From the NCBI RefSeq assembly GCF_001644705.1, contig NZ_CP015137.1, positions 1,980,001 to 2,012,000 on the forward strand: 32,000 nucleotides of DNA, read 5' to 3'. Origin of the DNA: Dickeya solani IPO 2222 (GTDB lineage: Bacteria > Pseudomonadota > Gammaproteobacteria > Enterobacterales > Enterobacteriaceae). How positions within the stretch are numbered: the first letter of the stretch is position 1; every line of letters starts with the position of its first letter. Both the position numbers and the translations under genes were made by a program. Below are positions 9,434 to 17,560 of the stretch, one piece after another. A model generated the notes under the pieces. It saw only the letters and a list, made by a program, of their open reading frames with translations, searched no databases and was not told where the DNA came from.

Positions 9434-9468
9434 GGTCAAACTGCCTTAATCATGGTCAAACTGCCTTG
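9429..9468. repeat. 20-bp tandem duplication (19/20 identical) spanning the citA stop and citB start
   Basis: 9429-9448 atcatggtcaaactgcctta and 9449-9468 atcatggtcaaactgccttg are directly adjacent. The single difference creates the citA TAA stop (9446-9448). Confidence 0.95.
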
Positions 9469-11059
9469 CTTGATACGGGATATTCACGAAAAACTGGGTG
9501 TAAACGTCCGGTTCGGATTCAAAATCAATCGTACCGCCGATTTTTTCCAGACTCTGCCGGGTGAGATACAGGCCAATGCCGCGTCCGGAGCCTTTGGTGG
9601 AAAATCCCTCCTGGTAAATGCGCTGCTGGATATCCGGTGCAATGCCCGGCCCATCGTCGCTCACCGTGCAGTGTAACTGCCCATCCTGATGATGGAAGGT
9701 CACGCTAATCTCGCGATTTTCCAGACCAGACAAGGCATCCATCGCGTTTTCGATCAGGTTGCCCAGCACGGTGATCAGCTCATTGGTGGCCTGGGAGTCG
9801 TCGGTATCCGGCAACAGACTGTCTTCGCTGATCGACAACGTCACGCCCAAATCCCGTGCCCGATTGATTTTACCCAACAGGAACCCGGCAATCACCGGAG
9901 ATTTTACTTTTCGGATAATCGAGCCGATTTCCGCCTGATAATTATTGGCGGTTTTTAAAATATATTCTTCCAACTGCGGGTAATATTTCAAATGCAGCAT
10001 GCCGAGAATCACATGCAGCTTGTTCATGAATTCGTGTGACTGGGCGCGCAGGGCATCGGCGTAATACGACATCCCGGTCAGGCGCTGCAGCAGTTGGCTG
10101 ACTTCCGTTTTATCGCGGAAGGTGGCGATGGTGCCGATGATATCGCCCTTCACCACCACCGGCACGGTGTTGATCAGCAACAGGTTGCCGTTGAAATTGA
10201 TTTCCTCGTCCTGCCGCGGCGCACCGGTTTCCAGCACCTTTTCCAGATTCATCAGCGCCGGCCAACAGCTAATGGTGCTGCCGATCGCCAGCGTTTCGCC
10301 GGACCCATGCTGGCTGAAAAACCGCTTGGCTTCGTCGTTGATGATGGTGACACGCAGGTCGGTATCCACCGCGATCACCCCCTCCTTGATTTGTTTGAGC
10401 ATCGCGTTGCGTTGTTCGAACAGATTGGAGATTTCAAACGGTTCAAAACCCAGCATGATGCGCTTGAGGGTTTTCACCAGGAAATAGGTGCCGAGCAGGC
10501 CGACCAGCGCGCCGAACAGGATGGTCCAGGGAATAATCCAGCGGTTTTCATTAATGACCGACTGCACGCTGGACAGCGAAATCCCCACCGCCACCACCCC
10601 GAGCTGCCGGTTATTTTCGTCAAAAACCGGCGTGAACACACGTAGCGCCGGGTCCAGCACCCCACGGTTCACCGCAGTATTCTCCAGCCCCAGCAGCGCC
10701 GGATAGAGGTCATCGCCGATAAAATGGCGGCCAATCTGCCCCGGTTCCGGATGGGAATGACGAATACCGTCCATATCGGTAACGATCACAAATAGCAGGT
10801 GGTTGCGGCTTTTTACGTCCTCGGAAAAACGCTGTACCCGCATCGGGTCGCCGATGCCTCTCAGGTCGTCCACTACGATCGGCGAATTAGCGACAGTGCG
10901 GGCGATGGCGAAGGCTTTGTCCTTGAGGTGAGTTTCGGTCAGTTCGGTGATACGGAAAAACAGCAGCGCGTAAACCACCAGCAACACCGAACCAATCACC
11001 GCCGACACCATCAGAATGATCGACGTGCTCAGTTTCAGCGGTGTCTTTTTCTTACTCAT
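9446..11059 (-). CDS. citA: CitA/DpiB-type sensor histidine kinase
   Basis: Two TM segments flank a periplasmic PAS-like domain, followed by a cytoplasmic PAS. H-box RAQSHEFMNKLHVILGML, N-box LGNLIENAMDA, G-boxes DDGPGI and GSGRGIGL. I chose ATG 11059 (MSKKKTPLKL...) because GGAG lies about 8 nt upstream. The ORF-track start at 11083 is possible. Confidence 0.85.
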   Translation of the reverse strand: MSKKKTPLKLSTSIILMVSAVIGSVLLVVYALLFFRITELTETHLKDKAFAIARTVANSPIVVDDLRGIGDPMRVQRFSEDVKSRNHLLFVIVTDMDGIRHSHPEPGQIGRHFIGDDLYPALLGLENTAVNRGVLDPALRVFTPVFDENNRQLGVVAVGISLSSVQSVINENRWIIPWTILFGALVGLLGTYFLVKTLKRIMLGFEPFEISNLFEQRNAMLKQIKEGVIAVDTDLRVTIINDEAKRFFSQHGSGETLAIGSTISCWPALMNLEKVLETGAPRQDEEINFNGNLLLINTVPVVVKGDIIGTIATFRDKTEVSQLLQRLTGMSYYADALRAQSHEFMNKLHVILGMLHLKYYPQLEEYILKTANNYQAEIGSIIRKVKSPVIAGFLLGKINRARDLGVTLSISEDSLLPDTDDSQATNELITVLGNLIENAMDALSGLENREISVTFHHQDGQLHCTVSDDGPGIAPDIQQRIYQEGFSTKGSGRGIGLYLTRQSLEKIGGTIDFESEPDVYTQFFVNIPYQARQFDHD

Positions 11060-11137
11060 CTCTCGCTCCGGAATTCGCATCATCGATCCCGCTATCTTAA
11101 CCTGTTCGCACTATTTCTGCGCCATTTCCGCGCGCAG

Positions 11138-11169
11138 AGAACAAAACCGCCGCCCATATCCGGCGGCGG
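11138..11169 (-). terminator. Terminator after the DASS carrier gene
   Basis: The minus strand reads ccgccgcc-ggatatg-ggcggcgg followed by ttttgttctct. It lies 50 nt after the stop at 11219 and upstream of citA. Confidence 0.6.
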
Positions 11170-11218
11170 CGAATCAAACAGATAGGCAAAAAGACGATCA
11201 CCACATCCCCAGCACTTA

Positions 11219-12631
11219 TTACCACATCCCTAAAACTTTCCACCACAGGCTACCGATGCCCAGCCAGATGGGAATGACCACCAGCCCAACCAGGAAACCG
11301 ATCTTCCACCAGGTTCCCAGCGACACATAGCCGCAGCCGAACATGATCGGGGCTGGGCCGCCGGAGTAGTGCGTGGTCGCCATAAACAGGTTACTGAAAG
11401 CGGCAAACGCCAGCACCGTCAGCACCGGCGGCGCGCCCGCCGCGATGGCGATCGACACGAAAATGGCGTACATGGCGCTGATGTGCGCCACCGCGCTGGC
11501 CATAAAATAGTGGCTGTAGTAGTACACCAGCAGCAACAGGCCCACCATCGGCAGCCAGTGCATCCCGGCGACGGCGTGGCCGGCAATGCCGCCCAGCCAG
11601 GCGATCAGCCCCATCTTGTTCAACTGGGTCGCCAGCATCATCAACACCGCGAACCACACTACGGTGTGCCAGGCTTCTTTCTCGCCGGTTACGTCTTCCC
11701 AGCTCAACGCGCGGGTCAACAACAGCACGCTCAGGCCGCCCAGCGCGGTCAGGGTGGCGTCGATATTCAGCGCCGACCCCAACACCCAAAACACCACCAG
11801 CCCCAGAAACACGCACAGCACAATCCATTCGTTGCGGCTCATCGGCCCCATTTCGTGCAGGCGAGCCTTCGCCAGCTCGCGCATTTCCGGGGTTTTCTTC
11901 AGTTCCGGCGGGTAGAAACGATAGAGCACCAGCGGGATCACGATCAACGACAGCAGCCCCGGCACCAGCGTCGCCGCAGCCCATTCGGTCCAGGTCAGGT
12001 GAACGCCAAACTGGGTCGCCAGTTTGCTGATCAGCGGGTTACCGGCCATAGACGTCATGAACATCGCCGACGTGATGGCGTTGCACTGGAAAATGGTTTG
12101 CACCAGAAATGAGCCGATACGGCGCTGGGTGCCCTGCTCCGGCGTCGAACCGTACGCTTCGGCGATCGAGCGGAACAGCGGGGTGATAATGCCGCCGCAA
12201 CGTGCGGACGTTGACGGCATCGCCGGGGAAAACAGCAGGTCGGTGAACACCAGACCATATGCCAGCCCCAGGCTGCTGTTACCGAGTTTGCTGATGAACA
12301 GAAACCCGATGCGACGGCCGAAACCGGTTTTGATAAAGCTGCGCGAAATGAAAAAGGCGCACGCAATCATCCAGATAGTGGGGTCGCCAAACCCGACCAG
12401 CACATCCTTGACCGGCAGCAAACCAAGCGCCGAGACGGCGGTGATACTGAAAATGGCAATAGCGCCAAGGGGGTAAGGCGAGAGAATCAGACCGATGACC
12501 GTAGCAATAAATATCGCCAGCAGATGCCATGCGGTAGGACTGACGCCTTCAGGAACAGGAACAAACCAAAATATAACGGCTATGCCGAGGATAATAAGAA
12601 GCTTCACTAACCTGCTGTTATTTGCAGACAT
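11219..12631 (-). CDS. DASS (divalent anion:Na+ symporter / CitT-YbhI type) di-/tricarboxylate carrier
   Basis: About 470 codons and multi-TM. N-terminal ...FWFVPVPEGVSPTAWHLLAIFIATVIG... is colinear with the CitT/TtdT N-termini as I recall them. The paired hairpin motifs PSTSARCGGII and HYSGGPAPIMFGCGY are typical of DASS carriers. The start is uncertain: ATG 12631 versus TTG 12646. Confidence 0.8.
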   Translation of the reverse strand: MSANNSRLVKLLIILGIAVIFWFVPVPEGVSPTAWHLLAIFIATVIGLILSPYPLGAIAIFSITAVSALGLLPVKDVLVGFGDPTIWMIACAFFISRSFIKTGFGRRIGFLFISKLGNSSLGLAYGLVFTDLLFSPAMPSTSARCGGIITPLFRSIAEAYGSTPEQGTQRRIGSFLVQTIFQCNAITSAMFMTSMAGNPLISKLATQFGVHLTWTEWAAATLVPGLLSLIVIPLVLYRFYPPELKKTPEMRELAKARLHEMGPMSRNEWIVLCVFLGLVVFWVLGSALNIDATLTALGGLSVLLLTRALSWEDVTGEKEAWHTVVWFAVLMMLATQLNKMGLIAWLGGIAGHAVAGMHWLPMVGLLLLVYYYSHYFMASAVAHISAMYAIFVSIAIAAGAPPVLTVLAFAAFSNLFMATTHYSGGPAPIMFGCGYVSLGTWWKIGFLVGLVVIPIWLGIGSLWWKVLGMW

Positions 12632-12826
12632 ACCAACACCACTCAAGATTAAAACGAAATCAGCCGCTTTTACCGGACGTCCCGTGTTACGAGTGGAGGA
12701 GTTTTTTTATTTCTTCATCACCCTTATTCCGCCGTCCGACAATGCAGACAGCGAGTTTTCCGGCGCGCCATCGCCATTTTCCATGGCGGGATACAGCCTG
12801 ACAAACACAACGGGTACAGCATCAGC

Positions 12827-12871
12827 AAAAAAAAGACGAGAAAACGAAAAGAACAAGGTGCTTTTCTCGTC
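12827..12871 (-). terminator. Orphan rho-independent terminator in the AT-rich spacer, ~200 nt upstream of the DASS gene start
   Basis: The minus strand reads gacgagaaaa-(17-nt loop)-ttttctcgtc followed by T8 (complement of A8 at 12827-12834). No annotated gene ends here. Confidence 0.6.
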
Positions 12872-13258
12872 CCATCAAAATCAAGTGAAGTGATCAACTG
12901 AAAAAATAGTATTATAAAAGTGAAATCCACTACTGTTATTTTAATTACTAAATAGATTTAATAATTTACTTTTGAAAATAAAAACGCCATTTCAAAAATA
13001 AATAAACCAAAACATTCGTCACAAAATAACAATTATGGAACATGAAGTTAACGAGGATGTTAATAATAATCCATTAATGAATTAAAATTTCATCACCGCT
13101 ATTTATCGGTTTATTTCATTAGATTCAGGCAGGAAATAAAATAATTCTGAAGTGTTTTTCGATATTTTCCCTTTAAATGCAGAAAAATAGCTATCAGAAA
13201 CTAATGTAAATAATCGCCAGCGCCGGATAACGGGCTGGGGATAACGGGAATAAATGTT

Positions 13259-13287
13259 AAAAAAATGCCCGCGAGCATCTCGCGGGC
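13259..13287 (-). terminator. Rho-independent terminator of ibpB
   Basis: The minus strand reads gcccgcgag-atg-ctcgcgggc followed by attttttt. It lies 17 nt after the ibpB stop. Confidence 0.8.
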
Positions 13288-13303
13288 GGTCGATTATGGC
13301 CGG

Positions 13304-13753
13304 TTAAGCCTGTTCATCCGGCGCCTTCTCGTGAAGCTCGGGCACACGGCGGCCGATGGCGATACGCTGCGGTTGCAACGCCTGCGGCACGTCACGAATC
13401 AGGTCAATATGCAACAGCCCGAGCTGGAACTGCGCGTCGGACACATGCAGATGTTCAGCCAGAGTGAAGCTCAGCGAGAACGGCTTGAACACCAGTCCCT
13501 GATGCAGGTACTGCGCCTTTTTCTCCGGCAGCGTCGGCGCGCCCTTCACGGTCAGGCGCTGGCCTTCCACTTCAATATTCAGCTCCGACTGGCGGAAGCC
13601 GGCCAGTGCCAGCGTAATACGGTAATGGTTATCATCGACTTTTTCGATGTTGTACGGCGGGAACTCCACCGCCTCCTGACTGCCCATAGCGCTGGCGAGT
13701 TTGTCAAAGCCAATCCACTGACGCAGCAGGGGGGATAAATCGTAGTTGCGCAT
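13304..13753 (-). CDS. ibpB: Small heat-shock protein IbpB
   Basis: [20 protein letters not shown]...[24 protein letters not shown]...GLLHIDLIR matches IbpB almost colinearly, as I recall the E. coli protein. I set the start at ATG 13753 (AAGGAG 8 nt upstream), not the ORF-track 13870. Confidence 0.93.
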   Translation of the reverse strand: MRNYDLSPLLRQWIGFDKLASAMGSQEAVEFPPYNIEKVDDNHYRITLALAGFRQSELNIEVEGQRLTVKGAPTLPEKKAQYLHQGLVFKPFSLSFTLAEHLHVSDAQFQLGLLHIDLIRDVPQALQPQRIAIGRRVPELHEKAPDEQA

Positions 13754-13761
13754 ACTCATAA

Positions 13762-13779
13762 CTCCTTCTGTGAAGCGAG
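13762..13779 (-). promoter_or_regulatory. ROSE-like SD-masking hairpin (candidate RNA thermometer) in the ibpA-ibpB spacer
   Basis: mRNA CUCGCUUC-ACA-GAAGGAG. The UCGCU anti-SD pairs with the ibpB SD, leaving a single bulged G (7 bp). RNA thermometers are established for enterobacterial ibpA and ibpB. Confidence 0.5.
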
Positions 13780-13903
13780 ATAACGGTTTCCAGCGGTAGC
13801 CGGGTCGTCCCCATTCGGCGGACGAACAGATGCAATCACTCAGAGAGACCCCTGAGATCGGTTCACTCATCGCCGCGGCGTCGCGCGCCGGCGGCCATCA
13901 CGA

Positions 13904-14317
13904 TTATTTGATTTCGATACGACGCGGTTTCAGCGTTTCCGGGATCACCCGTTGCAAGTCGATAAACAGCAAGCCGTTTTCCAGATTGGCGCCGTTAATC
14001 TGAATGTGTTCCGCCAGCTGGAATTTGCGTTCAAAATTGCGCTCGGCAATACCCTGATAGAGGTAATTGCGCGGGGTGACGTCGCCGCTGTGCGAGCCTT
14101 TGACAATCAGCACATTGTCGTGCGCGGTGATCTCCAGTTCGCTTTCGGCAAAACCGGCCACGGCAATCGCAATGCGATACTGGTTTTCGTCAACCAACTC
14201 AACGTTATACGGGGGGTATCCGCCATTGCCCTGGCTCTGGCCGGCTTCCAGCAGATTAAACAGACGATCAAAACCAATAGCGGAGCGATACAGCGGAGAA
14301 AAATCGGGATTACGCAT
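13904..14317 (-). CDS. ibpA: Small heat-shock protein IbpA
   Basis: [24 protein letters not shown]...[34 protein letters not shown]...RRIEIK, 137 codons, essentially IbpA. AGGAGG SD precedes ATG 14317. Confidence 0.95.
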   Translation of the reverse strand: MRNPDFSPLYRSAIGFDRLFNLLEAGQSQGNGGYPPYNVELVDENQYRIAIAVAGFAESELEITAHDNVLIVKGSHSGDVTPRNYLYQGIAERNFERKFQLAEHIQINGANLENGLLFIDLQRVIPETLKPRRIEIK

Positions 14318-14323
14318 AAACTG

Positions 14324-14343
14324 CCTCCTAACATGCAGCGAGG
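14324..14343 (-). promoter_or_regulatory. ROSE-like RNA thermometer hairpin occluding the ibpA SD
   Basis: mRNA CCUCGCUG-CAUGU-UAGGAGG. The conserved U(U/C)GCU motif (UCGCU, 14337-14341) pairs with AGGAG, leaving one bulged G. This is the hallmark of ROSE-type thermometers. Confidence 0.6.
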
Positions 14344-14428
14344 TCGAAAGATAACCGCCCTCCATTCGGACAGGCGTCTGGCGCGGGAGAAATACCCTCT
14401 CGGCGTATTTCCGTCTTGCCTGATATCA

Positions 14429-14456
14429 ATATGGTGACCCACTTCCGCTTTTCAAC
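14429..14456 (-). promoter_or_regulatory. Sigma32 (RpoH) heat-shock promoter of ibpAB
   Basis: The minus strand reads GTTGAAA-N13-CACCATAT, compared with the consensus CTTGAAA-N13-15-CCCCATNT. It predicts a 5' UTR of about 100 nt. Confidence 0.65.
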
Positions 14457-14621
14457 ACAGCGAGTGAAGGAAAATTCTCTTATTCTTTTCCCGGTTCCGG
14501 TGTAATCACATACACTGGACAGCAAGCACATTTTGCTAAAGCATGTGAAGGCCGTAACCCATGCGCAGGTCGATGTACGCGCAGTCAACCACGTAACCGG
14601 GAAAACGCTCCTCAAGGTAAC

Positions 14622-14996
14622 ATGATGACCATACTGAAAAATGCCTCATTGTCGTTCGTACTGTCAGGCGGGATACTGGCGACATGCGGCGGCTGCTCTA
14701 GCGTGATGACCCACTCTGGCGGCGAGCAGGGGTATTATTCCGGCACCCAATCCAGCATGACCACGCTGAAAGACGAGGACACCAGTTGGGCGATGATGCC
14801 GATGGTGGCGCTTGATGTTCCCTTCTCCGCCATGCTGGATACGCTACTGTTACCCTATGACTATTACCGCACCCACAGCGACCACCACAGTACTTCGGCG
14901 CGCGACCGGCTGGAAGAATACGAACGCCGCAAACCGGCGGGCGACCCACCCCGGCCAGCGTTAATACCTGTCTCGGCGAATAACGCCGGTCAGTGA
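14622..14996 (+). CDS. yidQ: YceK/YidQ-family (DUF1375) lipoprotein
   Basis: Signal peptide with lipobox-like ILATCGGC. The motif ALDVPFSAMLDTLLLPYDYY matches the YceK LDLPFSLVFDTLLLPID region. It is divergent from ibpA, as yidQ is in E. coli. AAGG RBS. Confidence 0.75.
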   Translation: MMTILKNASLSFVLSGGILATCGGCSSVMTHSGGEQGYYSGTQSSMTTLKDEDTSWAMMPMVALDVPFSAMLDTLLLPYDYYRTHSDHHSTSARDRLEEYERRKPAGDPPRPALIPVSANNAGQ

Positions 14997-15994
14997 CGTT
15001 CAGCCTGACGGCGATGGATCAGCGTCATAGGGATTATCGCTTTGTGCGGCTGCGCATCGCCGTTTAGCGCTTGCTGCATCGCCTCAAACGCCTGCCCGGC
15101 CCACGCATCCTCGTTCTGGCGCATCGACCACAAGGTATTCGGCAAAAATCCCAGCATGGCGTGTTCATCGAAGGTGCCGATATTAATGTGCGCCGGAATA
15201 TAGCCATAGCGCTCGCGCACCACGCTTAACATCCCTTCCAGCACCGGCAGTGACGACGCGATGAACGCCGGCGGCGGCGCGTCATGCTGGCGCAAAAACT
15301 GCTCCATCATCAACATGCCGTCTTCACGCCGGTTATGGCTGGCTTCCAACACCGCCGGGGTCAGCCCGGCCTGCTGCACCGACTGGTGATACCCGCGCAA
15401 ACGGTCACGAATCGCCGGCTGCTGTACGTCGCCGGCCATGAAAAACAGCGGCGCGGCAGGCTGGGCGGTCAGCATCGCTTCGGTCAGCGCCGCCCCGCCC
15501 TGCAAGTTGTCACTCATTACCAGCGGCAGTTGATCGATGCCGAAGTCGCGGTCCAGCAGCACCAGCGGCTTTTTCACCACCTTCGCGTGGTGCTGAGCCG
15601 CCTGCAGCGACGACGGCACCACGAACAGCCCGTCGACATTACGCTGCAACAGCGCTTCCACCAGCCGATTTTCGTACTGCGGATCGCTGTAAGAACAGCT
15701 GATCATCAGCTGATAGCCCACCTCGCGGCAACGGGTTTCGAGCTTTTCAGCCAGCGTCGAGAAAAACAGGTTGGATAATCGGGGCACGATCAGCCCCAGC
15801 GTTTCGGTTTTGTTCAGCTTCAGGCTGCGGGCGACGTGATTGACGGTGTAACCGTACTCGGTCACGTACTGATGGATGCGTTGCTGGGTTTTGGCACTGA
15901 TCCGATACTGTTCTGCTTTTCCATTCAGCACCAGACGCACCGTGGTCACGGACAGCTTCAAGGCACTGGCAATCTGTTCAATTGTTTTCGCCAT
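14990..15994 (-). CDS. LacI-family transcriptional regulator
   Basis: N-terminal HTH TIEQIASALKLSVTTVRLVLNG followed by a periplasmic-binding-fold sugar-binding domain (334 codons). Its 3' end overlaps the yidQ 3' end by 7 bp (convergent). Confidence 0.88.
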   Translation of the reverse strand: MAKTIEQIASALKLSVTTVRLVLNGKAEQYRISAKTQQRIHQYVTEYGYTVNHVARSLKLNKTETLGLIVPRLSNLFFSTLAEKLETRCREVGYQLMISCSYSDPQYENRLVEALLQRNVDGLFVVPSSLQAAQHHAKVVKKPLVLLDRDFGIDQLPLVMSDNLQGGAALTEAMLTAQPAAPLFFMAGDVQQPAIRDRLRGYHQSVQQAGLTPAVLEASHNRREDGMLMMEQFLRQHDAPPPAFIASSLPVLEGMLSVVRERYGYIPAHINIGTFDEHAMLGFLPNTLWSMRQNEDAWAGQAFEAMQQALNGDAQPHKAIIPMTLIHRRQAERH

Positions 15995-16042
15995 GAAACA
16001 GAATATCCCTGTGAGAACTGAAAGATAGCCAGTGTAGCGTAA

Positions 16043-16062
16043 TAACTAACTCGACGCAGCTA
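16043..16062. promoter_or_regulatory. Possible weaker second operator (half-site copy) upstream of the LacI-family gene
   Basis: It contains ctaactcgac (16046-16055), identical to one arm plus centre of the palindrome at 22138-22157. The second arm is degenerate. Confidence 0.3.
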
Positions 16063-16094
16063 AAGCGCGGCCGACCCTGGCCGCGATCAATAAA

Positions 16095-17447
16095 TCACAC
16101 ATCTTTGGTCATATCACGGTGCGAAGTTTCCGGCGCTTTCCAGGCGGCGAACGCCGCCACCAGCGCCGCTACCGTGACGTAGGTCGCCACCAGCGTCCAG
16201 GACTCGTTATCCATCGCGGTGAGTCCCTTGGCGATAAACGGGGTGAAACCGCCCGCCACAATCGCCCCCAGCTGTGCGCCGATGGACGCGCCGCTGTAAC
16301 GCACTTTCGGTCCGAACAGTTCGGTAAAGAACGCCGGCTGCACCGCATTAATGGAGTTGTGGGCAATATTAATCAACAGAATGTATCCCAGCACCATCAG
16401 ACCAAAGGAACCGCTTTCCAGCAGATAGAAGAACGGGAACGCCATCGCCGCGGCGCACAGCGCCCCGAAGATATAGATCGGACGGCGGCCGACCCGGTCG
16501 GACAGCGCGCCGAACAGCGCATGCATCGGGAACGCCATCACGCAGGTCGCCATGATCACGTTAAGCATGGTCTGTTTGGGCACGCCCAGCTGTACGGTAG
16601 CGTAGGACACCGCGAACACGGTCGCCATGAAGAACGGCACGCTTTCCGCGAAGCGCAGCACCATGATCAGGCAGACGCTGCGCCACTGTTTACGCAGCAC
16701 TTCCACCACCGGGCTTTGACGACGCACCGGCTCTTGCTCACGCGCCTGCTGTTGCTGCTGTTGTTGCTGGACTTGCTGGAACACCGGCGTTTCATCCACC
16801 TTGCGGCGCATATACAGCCCCACCAGCACCAGCGCTACGCTCAGCATGAACGGCACGCGCCAGCCCCAGGACATCAGTTGATCTTCCGGCAACGTCGACA
16901 CCATGGCGAATATCGCCGTCGCCAGCAACTGTCCGGAAAAACCGCCGGTCTGAGGGATGGATCCCAGCAGGCCGCGACGATTGGCGGGCGCGGTTTCCAC
17001 CACCATCAGCATCGCGCCGCCCCACTCGCCGCCCACCAGAAAGCCTTGCACGAAACGCAACACCACCAGCAGCACCGGCGCCCAAACGCCAATCTGGTGA
17101 TAGGTGGGCAGACAGCCGATCAGAAACGTCGCCATCCCCATACCACCGAGGGTAATCAGCAGCGTCAGCTTGCGCCCCAGCGTGTCGCCCATGTGGCCGA
17201 AGAAGATGCCGCCCAGCGGGCGGGCAATGAACCCCACGCCAAAGGTGGCGAACGACGCCAGCATCGCCGCCATCGGGCTGACGGTGGGAAAGAACAGTTT
17301 GCCAAACACCAGCGCGCTCGCCAGTCCGTAGAGCAGGAAATCGTAAAACTCGATGGTGTTGCCAATCCAACTGGAGATCACCACGCGGCGGATATTGGAT
17401 TTATTGTGCATCGCCTGGTGTTGGGATAATTCCACGGAAATCGACAT
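16095..17447 (-). CDS. MFS transporter, metabolite:H+ symporter (MHS) family
   Basis: 450 codons and 12 TM-like. MHS-type N-terminus SSWIGNTIEFYDFLLYG and loop motif RPLGGIFFGHMGDTLGRK, as in KgtP/ShiA/ProP-type carboxylate carriers. GAGGAA RBS. The central loop carries QQVQQQQQQQQ. Confidence 0.88.
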   Translation of the reverse strand: MSISVELSQHQAMHNKSNIRRVVISSWIGNTIEFYDFLLYGLASALVFGKLFFPTVSPMAAMLASFATFGVGFIARPLGGIFFGHMGDTLGRKLTLLITLGGMGMATFLIGCLPTYHQIGVWAPVLLVVLRFVQGFLVGGEWGGAMLMVVETAPANRRGLLGSIPQTGGFSGQLLATAIFAMVSTLPEDQLMSWGWRVPFMLSVALVLVGLYMRRKVDETPVFQQVQQQQQQQQAREQEPVRRQSPVVEVLRKQWRSVCLIMVLRFAESVPFFMATVFAVSYATVQLGVPKQTMLNVIMATCVMAFPMHALFGALSDRVGRRPIYIFGALCAAAMAFPFFYLLESGSFGLMVLGYILLINIAHNSINAVQPAFFTELFGPKVRYSGASIGAQLGAIVAGGFTPFIAKGLTAMDNESWTLVATYVTVAALVAAFAAWKAPETSHRDMTKDV

Positions 17448-17560
17448 GATGTTCCTCGCTTTATGATTTTATCGCCCTTCAGGCAAAGCCATCCGGGCGC
17501 CGCCGTACCCGGAGGTCGGCGGGGGGTGTAGGGTACAGGTTTTTTTGAGTGCGACAACGA

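Noticed and set aside
12707-12930. 68-aa ORF (12724-12930, GTG-type start) and a 25-codon ATG ORF (12707-12784) upstream of the DASS gene. Also a 24-codon ORF at 6781-6855.
   Set aside because: None has a ribosome-binding site. The 68-aa ORF reads straight through the terminator hairpin and T8 tract. I keep these only as a remote leader-peptide possibility.
13754-13903. Sigma54 promoter in front of ibpB (reported for E. coli as I recall)
   Set aside because: I found no GG-N10-GC element with correct spacing. ctGGaaaccgttatctcGC has 13-nt spacing.
16746-16778. QQVQQQQQQQQ tract in the central loop of the MFS carrier, as a possible slipped-strand contingency locus
   Set aside because: It is encoded by mixed CAG/CAA codons, so it is not a pure repeat. 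It is a triplet repeat that stays in frame, and it lies in a tolerant cytoplasmic loop. It is most likely a neutral low-complexity insertion.
16119-17429. 436-aa plus-strand ORF antisense to the MFS gene. Similar cases: 18668-20446 antisense to the isomerase, 20764-21495 antisense to the kinase, 27376-28149 antisense to uxuA, 9047-9676 and 10094-10645 antisense to citB/citA, 11369-12112 antisense to the DASS gene, and 24608-25186 antisense to yidR.
   Set aside because: All are shadow ORFs of well-supported genes. They have Arg/His/Gln/Gly-rich composition, no RBS and no recognisable motifs.
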